DNA of 63,627 nucleotides, filler included, from Licmophora abbreviata (taxonomy: Eukaryota): assembly GCA_900291995.1 (NCBI GenBank). It is 14 parts of 14 records of this genome, joined end to end, with 100 filler letters (N's around TTAATTAATTAA, not from the genome) between each part and the next. Parts side by side here need not be neighbours in the genome. Positions count along the whole stretch, not along the records: positions 49,939 to 51,505 come from OLMU01001138.1; positions 51,606 to 53,614 come from OLMU01001139.1; positions 53,715 to 54,802 come from OLMU01001140.1; positions 54,903 to 63,627 come from OLMU01001141.1; 10 more parts are not named here. The stretch is one strand, 5' to 3'. Below are positions 50,750 to 60,501 of the stretch, in pieces. The position numbers and the translations under genes are program-made. Positions within the stretch are counted from its first letter, which is position 1. Every line of letters starts with the position of its first letter. The notes under the pieces were generated by a model. The model saw only the letters and a list, made by a program, of their open reading frames with translations, searched no databases and had not been told where the DNA came from.

Positions 50750-51883
50750 AAATTACCTTCGTCAGCCCGGCGCCCAACCTGTCTGGGGGCATCCGCGTGA
50801 TCGCGATCTACGCGGATCTTCTGACGGAGATGGGCCATGACGTGACCGTCGTGGCGCGCGTGCCGCCAAGGCCTGGCGCGAAGGCTATCGTCAAAGGGTT
50901 GATCAAGGGGCGCCTCCCCCGAAAACGCAGTCCAAGCCATTACGACGGCCTCAAAGCCCGGCTGCATCTGGTGGAAACGGACATGCCGTTGACAGATAAG
51001 GACATTCCTGATGGCGACGCTGTCATCGCAACGCTATGGGAGACCGCCTATATGGTTGCGGGTCTGTGCGATGCGAAAGGCCGGAAATTCTATTTCGTCC
51101 AGCATCATGAGGTGCATAGCCCAAACCTGTCGCATTTCAGCGCCGGTTCATACTATCTTCCACTGAAAAAAATAGTTGTTTCCAGCTGGTTAGTGTCCGT
51201 TATGCGGGATCTTTATGATGATCACGACGTCTCGCTTGTTCCGAACGCGGTAGATCCATCGCTTTTCTTCGCGGCATCCCGAGACAAAAGGGCTAGGCCA
51301 ACAGTCAGCATGATGTATTCTAAAACATCTTTTAAAGGCACAGATACCAGCCTTAAAGCGGTGAAGTTGGCTCGCCAAGTGCTGCCTGATCTACATCTCT
51401 TGGCATTTGGTTCGCAAAGGCCAGGAATTGATCTGCCCTTGCCTCCTGATACTACATTTCATTTCAGCCCCCCGCAGACTTCACTGCGCGAAATCTATGC
51501 TGGTTNNNNNNNNNNNNNNNNNNNNNNNNNNNNNNNNNNNNNNNNNNNNTTAATTAATTAANNNNNNNNNNNNNNNNNNNNNNNNNNNNNNNNNNNNNNN
51601 NNNNNTTGAAGGCTTTGGGCTTCCGGTGCTCGAGGCGATGGCTTGTCGCTGCCCCGTCGTTGCCACGCGTGCCGGCTGCGCTCCGGACTTTATTCTGAAT
51701 GGCAAATCTGGCTATTTAGTAAACGTGGATGATCCGGAGTCCATGGCGGAGGCTATCGTTGATGTTTTGCGCCTCGATAACTGCGCTTGGAAGGCCATGT
51801 CTCTTGCAGCTTTTCAGGCGGTTGAGGGGTATCAATGGACGGACGCGGCAAAAAGGTTTCTGGCGTGTTTGCAGCCCACGTAA
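50746..51883 (+). CDS. Glycosyltransferase family 4 (split by spacer)
   Basis: LSGGIRVI, IATLWET, YFVQHHE, VPNAVD / EGFGLPVLEAMACRCPVV. Confidence 0.85.
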
Positions 51884-51996
51884 CAAATTTGGTGTTTTCT
51901 CTTCGAGCAGAAAAATATGCTGTGAACTCGCAAATACTTCAACTCTACCAAAGCTTCCGCTGAAGGATTTTAAAAGAATTTAGGAAGGAACCCGGA

Positions 51997-52830
51997 ATGA
52001 ACATACCCAAAATAATACACCAAATTTACCTTCAAGGGTGGAGTTCGTTGCCGCAAGTCACACAGAAATCAATTTCGCAGCTGCGAGACAGGAATCCAGA
52101 TTGGGAATATAGATTTTATGATGCTGATACGGCCCAAGACTTTATTGTAGCGAATTTTAGCGATCAGATTGTTTCGGCATATTTAAAAATTAATCCAAGT
52201 TACTATGCGTGTCGCGCTGATTTCCTCAGGTATCTTATTCTCTACCAATTCGGAGGAATTTACCTGGACATTAAATCCACTTCGGTAATGCCATTAAGCG
52301 ACATGTTAATGGAAGGAGATCAATATTTGCTAGCACAATGGCCCCCGTATCGCGACAAGCCTGCTGGGACACAGGACGCGCCAGAATTGGCTAGTATCGA
52401 TGGAGGGGAATTCGTAAATTGGCTTATCGCTGCCGAGCCTAAACACGAGTATTTAAAGGCGGTGATGAGCCGCGTATGCAATAATATTAATTCATATCAG
52501 CCTTTAAATTGCGGAGTCGGCAAGGCAGCCGTTTTAAGATTGTCCGGCCCAATAGCTTATACTTTGGCGATACATCCAATTTTAAAAAACCATCGTCACC
52601 GATTTATCGTGTATGAAGATTTTGGCATAGCTTATTCAATACATGGCAGCCACAACAAACATGAAAAACTGTATGGAAAGCATTACTCAGAGTTGGTGCA
52701 GCCTGTTGTGCAAGCTTGCTTTTTCAACACATTTTTTTCCATTCTATGGTTTGGTAGCGTCAAGCCCGCAGCGCGGTTTGTAATGTGGAAAGTTGATGGT
52801 CTTCGCCGGAGACTACGCAGGTTCCACTAG
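51997..52830 (+). CDS. DXD glycosyltransferase, GT32/OCH1-like (AT-rich)
   Basis: IPKIIHQ, NPDWEYRFYD, RADFLRYLILYQFGGIYLDIK, LSGP. Confidence 0.88.
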   Translation: MNIPKIIHQIYLQGWSSLPQVTQKSISQLRDRNPDWEYRFYDADTAQDFIVANFSDQIVSAYLKINPSYYACRADFLRYLILYQFGGIYLDIKSTSVMPLSDMLMEGDQYLLAQWPPYRDKPAGTQDAPELASIDGGEFVNWLIAAEPKHEYLKAVMSRVCNNINSYQPLNCGVGKAAVLRLSGPIAYTLAIHPILKNHRHRFIVYEDFGIAYSIHGSHNKHEKLYGKHYSELVQPVVQACFFNTFFSILWFGSVKPAARFVMWKVDGLRRRLRRFH

Positions 52831-52973
52831 CGTCAAGAGCGGTTTCCGCTCGTAGATTATCTAACGGGATGAACTGACTGCCCGCGGAGATATTACCGTT
52901 GTCCTGGAGGTCGGCGTAGAAGAAGAGTTTCGATTTAGTAACAGCTCTGGGCATTGATCTTAGGAAGACGATT

Positions 52974-53055
52974 TGGAATGCCCCGCTGAAGTGGGTCTCC
53001 AACTGGAATAGGATTATCCCGCGTTTTGGAGAAACAGAGAATGGCACGTCAACGG
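52974..53055 (+). mobile_element. Probable remnant left end of an IS3-family element
   Basis: Begins TG (TGGAATGCCCCGCTGAAGTGGGTCTCCAACTGGAATAGGATT...), then GGAG RBS and ATG GCA CGT CAA CGG (MARQR), which recalls IS3 orfA starts; no transposase body follows. Confidence 0.5.
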
Positions 53056-53065
53056 AAAAAGCGCT

Positions 53066-53587
53066 ATGTCAAATTCTGACGATCCCGAGATTTCAGCACA
53101 AACACCAGACTGGTCGCGGGAAAAGCCACGCAAAATCTGGGATCCTTCTCGCAAATTGCTGCGATCAATCCGCAGATATCAGGCATTGGGCGCCCATTCA
53201 TCACCGCTGTCCCGGATCAAGCAAAAATGGTGTGTTCTGCAGCACAGGTTCTGGTCTGTGATTGCGCAGGCCGAGATCTCGCTGAATTGCCGGATCGAGG
53301 GCGGTCTGATGCTTCCGCATCCCAACGGCGTTGTCATCCATCCCGAAGCCAGGATCGGCCCCAATTGCCTGATCATGCAGCAAGTCACGATCGGAACGCG
53401 TGAAGGGGGAGGCGGATTGCCCAGCATTCAGGGTCACGTTGATATCGGCGCGGGCGCTCGCATTCTGGGAAAGGTGCGCATCGGGGAGCATTCCTTGATC
53501 GGTGCGAATGCCGTTGTCACAAAAGATGTGCCTCCGCACAGCATTGCGGTTGGCATACCCGCGCGTGTGAAGCCGCGTCGGAATTGA
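53066..53587 (+). CDS. CysE/WcaB-like O-acetyltransferase (hexapeptide repeat)
   Basis: LPHPNGVVIH, IGPNCLIMQQVTIG, IGAGARILG, IGANAVVTKDVP, VGIPAR. Confidence 0.88.
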   Translation: MSNSDDPEISAQTPDWSREKPRKIWDPSRKLLRSIRRYQALGAHSSPLSRIKQKWCVLQHRFWSVIAQAEISLNCRIEGGLMLPHPNGVVIHPEARIGPNCLIMQQVTIGTREGGGGLPSIQGHVDIGAGARILGKVRIGEHSLIGANAVVTKDVPPHSIAVGIPARVKPRRN

Positions 53588-54313
53588 AGGAAGGTCATCG
53601 GCAGCATTAAAAGCNNNNNNNNNNNNNNNNNNNNNNNNNNNNNNNNNNNNNNNNNNNNTTAATTAATTAANNNNNNNNNNNNNNNNNNNNNNNNNNNNNN
53701 NNNNNNNNNNNNNNGCCGCGTCGGAATTGAAGGAAGGTCATCGGCAGCATTAAAAGCGGACTTCTTTGCATAGCTTTTTGAAAACTGATTTTAAGCGATA
53801 TTTTTTCCTGTCCACGGCCCTGCCGGCCTGCAGTAACGTGACCGCACATCAAAAGTGAGGCCTGTGCCTCTCCAACCTGCCCATCCCGGCAAGGTGGTGT
53901 CGGTTGAAGGAGATGTGGCCATTGTGGCAACCAAGGGGACCACTTCCCGCTCTTCGGCCATCCACATGCCGGTTTCGATAGGAGATCGCTATGTTGACTG
54001 GACATATGTTCCTGGCAGTCGCGGTCAGTCAGACCGCTCTTGGGACGATAACGGGCTTGCCCGCGTTGTCCCGTCCGCTGCAGCCGTTGAGGGATACCCG
54101 GTGCCCGCTGGGGTGGATGACAGGTGGAAGGGTGGAAAGACAAGATCGGCTCCGCTTTTGCGGATATCGATACATTGACCATCATCTCTAAGCCCGAACT
54201 GTTCCCGTCTTCGGTGGTCATCCACTCCAGCTTTCCGCGTGGCGATGCGCCTTGAGGCCCAAGCAAGCGACTTTTCACTGGAAAAATCGACGACGCCAGA
54301 TAGACAAGACAGC

Positions 54314-55161
54314 ATGACACTCCCACCCGAGCCATTGCCGAACACGGACGTCCTGTCGCTGGTTAATACCCTTGACCGAAGCACGCTGATCGTGGCCGTG
54401 AAGCAGCGGCTCAATGAGGGCAGGGGCTTCACCGTCGCCACTCTCAACCTCGACCATATCGTGAAGCTCCGCCAGCACCCCGCCTTTCGCGACGCCTATG
54501 CCCGTCATTCTCATGTCGTGGCCGATGGCAATCCGATCGTCTGGCTGCGACGTGTCATGGGGCAGCCGGTCGAGCTTGTGCCCGGCTCCGAGCTGGTGAT
54601 GCCGCTGGCCGATCTGGCGCGCCAGGCGGATGTTCCAGTCGCCCTTCTTGGCGCAACCGACGCGACCCTTACCCTTGCCGCCGCGCGCATGCAGGCGGAT
54701 TTCCCCGACCTTCGGATCGTGGCCCGGATCGCACCACCCTTCGGCTTTGATCCCACGGGCCCCGAGGCCGACCGCATGCTGTCCGAACTGGGCGCCAGTG
54801 GTNNNNNNNNNNNNNNNNNNNNNNNNNNNNNNNNNNNNNNNNNNNNTTAATTAATTAANNNNNNNNNNNNNNNNNNNNNNNNNNNNNNNNNNNNNNNNNN
54901 NNGCCGAAACAGGAGATCCTCGCCATAAGGGGCGCGGAGAAGCTGCCTCGATGCGGGTTCGTGTCGATCGGCGCCGGGCTCGATTTCATCGCCGGCACGC
55001 AAAAGCGCGCGCCCGTCTGGGTGCGTCGGATCGCGATGGAATGGTTCTGGCGCATGGCGACCAATCCCGTGCGGCTGACCAGGCGCTATGCGCAGTGCTT
55101 CGCGATCCTGCCGGGACTCTTCTGGTCGGCCCGTCGCGCGCGCATGACCCGGCGGGATTAA
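54314..55161 (+). CDS. WecB/TagA/CpsF glycosyltransferase, GT26 (split by spacer)
   Basis: TLNLDH, VADGNPIVW, VPGSEL, PPFGF / PKQE, IGAGLDFIAGTQKRAP...MEWFWR...RRY. Confidence 0.9.
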
Positions 55162-55244
55162 GCCAAAACCCGCATAGCTCTGCATCTTCGCCTTCTTTTC
55201 AACAATTTTCCGCGTAATGTAATCAAAACGGGAAATCACTCGAC

Positions 55245-55490
55245 TTGATGTCAGAGGATCGGATGCAAAAAGAGCAGTTTCTGAAAGCGGCACAACCTGT
55301 CCCCGAGCACCTTCGCGGCACGCGCCAGGGTCTTTTCCATATGCTGAACGCCGCGGTCGACACACCGTCGCGTCCCGCGCCGTCGGTGCGGCCCGAGCCG
55401 ATGCGGCTGGACGATACACCCAAACGCCCCGCTCCGGAAACCGGCGTCCAGACCATTCTGCAAAGCGACGATTTCATTTTTTCGGATTGA
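55245..55490 (+). CDS. Small Pro-rich hypothetical protein (start uncertain; ATG 55248 or 55263 possible)
   Basis: GAGGA before ATG 55263; GC-rich host-like codons; ends ...ILQSDDFIFSD at the GC drop. Confidence 0.45.
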   Translation: MMSEDRMQKEQFLKAAQPVPEHLRGTRQGLFHMLNAAVDTPSRPAPSVRPEPMRLDDTPKRPAPETGVQTILQSDDFIFSD

Positions 55491-55630
55491 AAAATCTTTG
55501 GATGAATTGCTGAGCTGTTACTAGATAACTCAGCGAAAAAAGTTGAAAAAAGAAAGTCTCTCTGGCACCTGTAGTAGCAATTAAATACTTGCAACGTATT
55601 GATCGTTGCTGGGGTCAATAGAATTTGTTC

Positions 55631-56455
55631 ATGTCTAAAGAAGTTCCAAAGCGTATTTACAGCTTTTGGCTGCAAGGTGCTGATCAGGCGCCAGAGATAG
55701 TTCAATTCAATTGGCGTTGTTGGCGTCAATTGAATCCAGATTACGAACTTATTGTACTAGATGGCGAGGCGGCGAAGAATACTCTTTCTGACTTGCCTGA
55801 GCATCTTCAGAATTTAATTCCCCAAACTTACTCTGACATCCTCCGGTATCACCTTCTCAAGACATTTGGCGGTATTTGGGTGGACGCAACAGTTTTTCCA
55901 GTTCGTCCGTTGAGTGATTGGTTGCCTGGCGCAATCGATGGCTCTGACTTTTTTACATTTTCCTTTCCTGATGAGCATCGGTTGTTGGACAACTGGTTTC
56001 TTGTTGCGCGACCGGGGTCTCTGGTAATGGAGCGGTGGTTCGCTACCGTCCTTGAGTATTGGAGTTGCGAGAGAAGAATGCTGGGCGCCGAAGATGCGGT
56101 CTGTAATGATGCTATCCAGACCCTTGAGGCGACGCGGAAAGGTGGAAGCTTGGAAGGTCGATATCAGTACTTCTGGTCGCACTATCTTTTTGCCGAATTG
56201 GTCCAAACAGATCCTGAATTTAAAAGGTCTTGGCAACGGATGAATAAGATTGCAATCGGCCCTGCGACAGCCATGCAGTGGTATTTCTTGCGAAACGAGC
56301 AGCCAATCAGATCTCTTGTGCTCAGTATCCTACCATCCCTTCATCGCTCAAAACTGAAGGGCTACAGTCTTGGATCACCGGTTCACAAGTTAAATTGGAG
56401 GAAGTCGTATCCAACTCACCTCCTAGAAGCGATTAGCTCAGCGATAAAAGACTAA
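55631..56455 (+). CDS. Capsular polysaccharide synthesis protein (Caps_synth/GT32-like; AT-rich)
   Basis: IYSFWLQG...APEIV, SDILRYHLLKTFGGIWVDAT, NWFL, YFWSHYLF, HKLNWR. Confidence 0.88.
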   Translation: MSKEVPKRIYSFWLQGADQAPEIVQFNWRCWRQLNPDYELIVLDGEAAKNTLSDLPEHLQNLIPQTYSDILRYHLLKTFGGIWVDATVFPVRPLSDWLPGAIDGSDFFTFSFPDEHRLLDNWFLVARPGSLVMERWFATVLEYWSCERRMLGAEDAVCNDAIQTLEATRKGGSLEGRYQYFWSHYLFAELVQTDPEFKRSWQRMNKIAIGPATAMQWYFLRNEQPIRSLVLSILPSLHRSKLKGYSLGSPVHKLNWRKSYPTHLLEAISSAIKD

Positions 56456-56502
56456 CTTGAAAAATATATAACTACAGAGCAAGGAGCACCAGACTATGGG
56501 AT

Positions 56503-57768
56503 ATGCTAGGTTCACAAGACTGGCACAATAATATGATACGTGGTCCGTACACCCTATTTACGCGTATTCCTGTTTATCTTTCTGATGATGGGCGTCTGTT
56601 CGCTGATCAGCTGTGGTGCAAGGATCTTGAACTGCATACCGAATATATAGCGCCTTTTGCGCTTTGCTGCCCGGTCTTACCGCTCACGGCGGCACCAGAG
56701 GATGCAATCGAGGTTCGAAGCCTCACATCAAATCAGGTTATTTCGTTGCGGCAGGATGGTGGACTGAAGTCTACACTGTCGAACTTTTTTCCGAATTTTC
56801 GCGCTGTTTTTGCAGCTGTGCGCCTAAGCCGCGTAGTCCATTCCGGAGGTGCAGGGTGGGCTTTCCCTCTGTCTTTTTACATTCTGCCACTTTCTCTCAT
56901 TTTCCGGTTCCAATGGGTTATGGTCATCGAGTCGTCTTTTTGGATGAAGCCTGTTGCTCGTCGACCTTCCATTCGCGCATGGCTGACGCACCATGTTCAC
57001 TCAGTGCTGCTCCGAGCTTGTCTGCACCGTGCGGATGCCCGAATATTCACACAAGAAGCTTATCGGCGTTACTTTGATATTGAAATGGAACGAAGCCTAA
57101 TTGCTCCCGCAGTGTGGGTTGACGAAGACAATATCATTTCGAACCGTGAACAGCTCTTGCGCCTTGCCGAATTGCCGGACGATGACATCCGCATTCTCTT
57201 CCCTGCCCGATTGGTGAAAGACAAAGGAATAGACATCGTGCTTGAGGCTATTGGATACGCGGAGAAGCTATTGATCGATACCCCATTGGCCGAGGACAAA
57301 CGTATCACGCTTGATATAATTGGCTCCGGCCCGCTAGCGGATGTTTGTCGCCGTTTTGCCGAAAGCCATCGTGGCATTATCAAAGTCGGATTCAGGCCCC
57401 CGCTGCCTTATGGCGCGCCCTTCTTGAATCTCATTAGAGAATATCATGCGGTTCTTTTGGCCAATCGCCAGCAGGAACAGCCTCGTGTGATTTTTGATGC
57501 TTTCAGCCAGGGAGTGCCGGTAATCTCCAGCGCCACTTCGGGGGTTTGCGACATCGTACACGAGGGGCAAGATGCGCTACTATTCGATGTGGAGAATGCC
57601 CAAGACTTGGCACAACAGATCCAAGCTTTCAGTACCTCGGCCGACCTTCGACGCTCGCTTGCTATGAATACATTGGCGGCGGTGCGTGGCCGTTCGCACG
57701 CCAGCATGCACCGTTTACGTGAAGATTTTCTGGCCTCAACTCTGCAAAGAGCTGATCAAGCCACTTGA
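56503..57768 (+). CDS. Glycosyltransferase family 4 (AT-rich)
   Basis: FPARLVKDKG, IIGSGPL, QEQPRVIFDAFSQGVPVI. Confidence 0.82.
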   Translation: MLGSQDWHNNMIRGPYTLFTRIPVYLSDDGRLFADQLWCKDLELHTEYIAPFALCCPVLPLTAAPEDAIEVRSLTSNQVISLRQDGGLKSTLSNFFPNFRAVFAAVRLSRVVHSGGAGWAFPLSFYILPLSLIFRFQWVMVIESSFWMKPVARRPSIRAWLTHHVHSVLLRACLHRADARIFTQEAYRRYFDIEMERSLIAPAVWVDEDNIISNREQLLRLAELPDDDIRILFPARLVKDKGIDIVLEAIGYAEKLLIDTPLAEDKRITLDIIGSGPLADVCRRFAESHRGIIKVGFRPPLPYGAPFLNLIREYHAVLLANRQQEQPRVIFDAFSQGVPVISSATSGVCDIVHEGQDALLFDVENAQDLAQQIQAFSTSADLRRSLAMNTLAAVRGRSHASMHRLREDFLASTLQRADQAT

Positions 57769-57779
57769 ATATACCCCAC

Positions 57780-59375
57780 TCACCCTCCCGGCACGAACCG
57801 AGGCAGGGGCGTCAGAAGGGCGGTCATGCTGTCTACCAGACGCGCCTCGGCGACCGAGACATCCTCTTTCGGGCCGATCGGGGTGATCAGGCGCACGATG
57901 GCGCTGTCATCCCGGCCGTTCACAAGGCGGCCCAGCATCAACTGCAGCTTGGCCTGATACATCGACGCTGTCCTGACGCCGCGCTGATCGTACCAGTAGT
58001 AGACCAGCATCCGGTCCACGCCCTTCTGGATGATCGCACGGTTCAGTGTGAACGTCTCGCCCGCAAGGCCTGATGCCTCGATCTGATCCAGCTTGGCGAT
58101 CTCCCAGCCCGCTCCCGGAAGGCAGACTTCGGGCGAATGAACGCCGCCGCCGGATTGATCCTTGTACCAGGCCATGAACACATCCACCGGTGCCGGGCTG
58201 GCGGCGTTCACCAGAGACACCGATAGGTAATCGTCGGCCGCCAGAATGCGCTCCACCTGCTGTTCCAGCGGCTTGTGCGGGCCTGCGCGCCACGCGCCGA
58301 CCTGGGAGGGGAACAAAAGGAACGGCTCACGGTTGATCTGCGTGGCTTCGCGCTCCGGCATGGCCTGCCAGCCGGCGGCAAGCCCCCCCACCAGAAGCGC
58401 TGCGAAGATCATCGCCACCGACGGCTGCACCAGCCCGATGCGCTTGGCCTGTGTGCCGAGGCCCTCGGTGTCCAGATCCAGCGCCTCGATCAGGCCGATC
58501 CGGTCGCGGCGCAGCTTGACCAGCACCCAGGCAAAGGCAAACAGGATCAGCACGCAAGAGATGAAGATCACCCAGCCTTCAAAGAAATGAGTAAAGCCGT
58601 CCACCCATTCCAACCCGTAATTATTCACGATATAACCTGCGATCGCGATCCGGACGGAGTTCATGAAAACCGTGATCGGTGCAGCCGAAATCAGCAGCAA
58701 GGTCTTGTGCCACATCGGCCCCTGATAGAGCACCGCAAAGATGTAGGAAAAGCTGAGGATCGGGAACAGATACCGCAGCCCCGAACAGGCCTCGGCCACC
58801 TGCAGCTTGAACACGCCCAGATCGATGATGTTCCCTTCGAGGTACACCGGCACCCGCAACATCTGCAGGAAATACACCCCCAGCTCCGAGGAAATCCCCT
58901 GCAGATAGGTCGACAGCCCGTAATAAAGCGCCCCCGGCAACGGCAGCATGAAGACCAGATGCACCACCGGCGGCCAGAAATGCTTGCCCGTGTTCCAGCC
59001 GAAACTGATCAGCAGCACCGCGCCCACCCACAGGATCAGCGCATAAGCCACGATGTCGCGGATCTCGATCAACTTGCCGGCAGCCCCCATCAGCACCGCC
59101 ACGATCAACAGCGCGACACCGGGCCAGCGGTCGGTCACCGGGCCTTCATTGATTGGCACGGTTTTCAACTGGCGCAGGAACAACAGCCCCGACAGGACCG
59201 GGATCAACGGCCCGTGGCTGTATTCGGGCATCTTCCATGCCTTCAGCAGCTCGGCGATCCCTTCCCAGAAGAACAGCCCGGCGGCCACAGTGGCGATCAC
59301 CAGCCAGAAGGTGCCCCAATGGAAGAAGTGGCCCAAGATATCGGTGCGGCGAGAAACAGATGGAATATCGGTCAT
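57780..59375 (-). CDS. xrtD: Exosortase D (VPLPA-CTERM-specific) fused to an EpsI-like domain
   Basis: PEYSHGPLIP; catalytic VAEACSGLRYL, NSVRI, HFFEGW; C-terminal ADDY...HSPEVCLPGAGWE...YYWY; adjacent VPLPA-CTERM gene. Confidence 0.92.
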   Translation of the reverse strand: MTDIPSVSRRTDILGHFFHWGTFWLVIATVAAGLFFWEGIAELLKAWKMPEYSHGPLIPVLSGLLFLRQLKTVPINEGPVTDRWPGVALLIVAVLMGAAGKLIEIRDIVAYALILWVGAVLLISFGWNTGKHFWPPVVHLVFMLPLPGALYYGLSTYLQGISSELGVYFLQMLRVPVYLEGNIIDLGVFKLQVAEACSGLRYLFPILSFSYIFAVLYQGPMWHKTLLLISAAPITVFMNSVRIAIAGYIVNNYGLEWVDGFTHFFEGWVIFISCVLILFAFAWVLVKLRRDRIGLIEALDLDTEGLGTQAKRIGLVQPSVAMIFAALLVGGLAAGWQAMPEREATQINREPFLLFPSQVGAWRAGPHKPLEQQVERILAADDYLSVSLVNAASPAPVDVFMAWYKDQSGGGVHSPEVCLPGAGWEIAKLDQIEASGLAGETFTLNRAIIQKGVDRMLVYYWYDQRGVRTASMYQAKLQLMLGRLVNGRDDSAIVRLITPIGPKEDVSVAEARLVDSMTALLTPLPRFVPGG

Positions 59376-59772
59376 GGGTCGAAAAAGGCCCTGTAATGCG
59401 AGGCGCGGAAATGCGCAAAAAAACCGTGGAATAATCAGTCATAGTGTTACCGGATTCTTGACCGAAAACCAAATAAATCCCGTGGTTTGACGCGTCTGTG
59501 ATGATCTTCGGGCGAACCCGTCCAGCGGCGGTATCGCTTGTCAGGCGCTCAACGTGTCGGAAGGCCTATGATTTTCAACGTTTTATCAGGCGCTTGGCGC
59601 ATCCGTGGCGCAAGCGCGCGCTCTTTCGTCGCCATTGTTCGGCCTGGGGAAACTCTTTGGTTCTTGACCTGTCTTCCCAATGCTCCGGGCGGGATGTCGA
59701 TCCGCAGCAGGCAAGTGCCAGTCATCTGCCGGGTGGCAAGCTGGCATCGTCGGGAACACCCCGCACTGCGAA

Positions 59773-59795
59773 GGGGCGCCCGACAAGGGCGCCCC
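59773..59795 (-). terminator. Hairpin downstream of the VPLPA-CTERM gene
   Basis: GGGGCGCCC-gacaa-GGGCGCCCC; only a weak U-tract. Confidence 0.45.
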
Positions 59796-59820
59796 AGCGA
59801 ATCCGTTCATGATTTTCGGG

Positions 59821-60501
59821 TCAGACCGTTTTCCGCTTCCGCCAGCTCATGAAGCCACCCAGACCCATCGCCGTGAGCAGCAGCGGCAAGCCTGCGGGAA
59901 CTGGAATGGCGCCGATGCCACCGCCGTTATCTTTGACGCCGTAGAGGTTGGTGTGCGAGTTTCCACCGCTGTCGTCTATCAACCAATCGAATGAACCCAA
60001 TGCGCCTATGCTGAACGCAGCCCAAGTAGGGTTGTCGTTGTTGCCGCTTTTGATCGCCAGGATAAAATTCGAGTAACCGGAGATCGCCGACAGGAAAAGA
60101 GTTCCGGTCGATGTGTCTGTGACGCCGCTGATTGTGTCGACAAACAATCCTTTGGTGTCGTCGTTTTTGTCCAGTAGAACCAGATCAGAAATTGGCGTCA
60201 CACCCGAGGAATAAACAATACTGTTGATATTGTTCCCCGTACCAGTGTCCGAACCGGTAAGTATCGGGTCATCGGTAGCACTTCCGTTGATATTGCCTTT
60301 ACCGAATGCGTAGCATGATATGGATTGGCCGCCATTGGCAGTCAAAGTGAACTGCCGGGTAAAATCCCCACCGCCTGACGCGTCGAAAGTTCCGTCAGCA
60401 GACGCGGGACATGTTACCGCCTGAGCAGCTGAGGCACCGATGAAGAGCGCAGTTACCGCAGCAGCTAACGGCATCGCGTTTTTGAAATTCAGGCTGAACA
60501 T
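59821..60501 (-). CDS. VPLPA-CTERM sorting-domain surface protein
   Basis: Signal peptide (...SAAQA), G/S/T/N/D-rich body, C-terminal IPVPAGLPLLLTAMGLGGFMSWRKRKTV (motif, TM, basic tail). Confidence 0.9.
   Translation of the reverse strand: MFSLNFKNAMPLAAAVTALFIGASAAQAVTCPASADGTFDASGGGDFTRQFTLTANGGQSISCYAFGKGNINGSATDDPILTGSDTGTGNNINSIVYSSGVTPISDLVLLDKNDDTKGLFVDTISGVTDTSTGTLFLSAISGYSNFILAIKSGNNDNPTWAAFSIGALGSFDWLIDDSGGNSHTNLYGVKDNGGGIGAIPVPAGLPLLLTAMGLGGFMSWRKRKTV

Noticed and set aside
53855..54191. Two short overlapping ORFs (107 and 66 aa; the second has a GGAG RBS)
   Set aside because: No motifs; may be a decayed small membrane-protein gene but cannot be supported.
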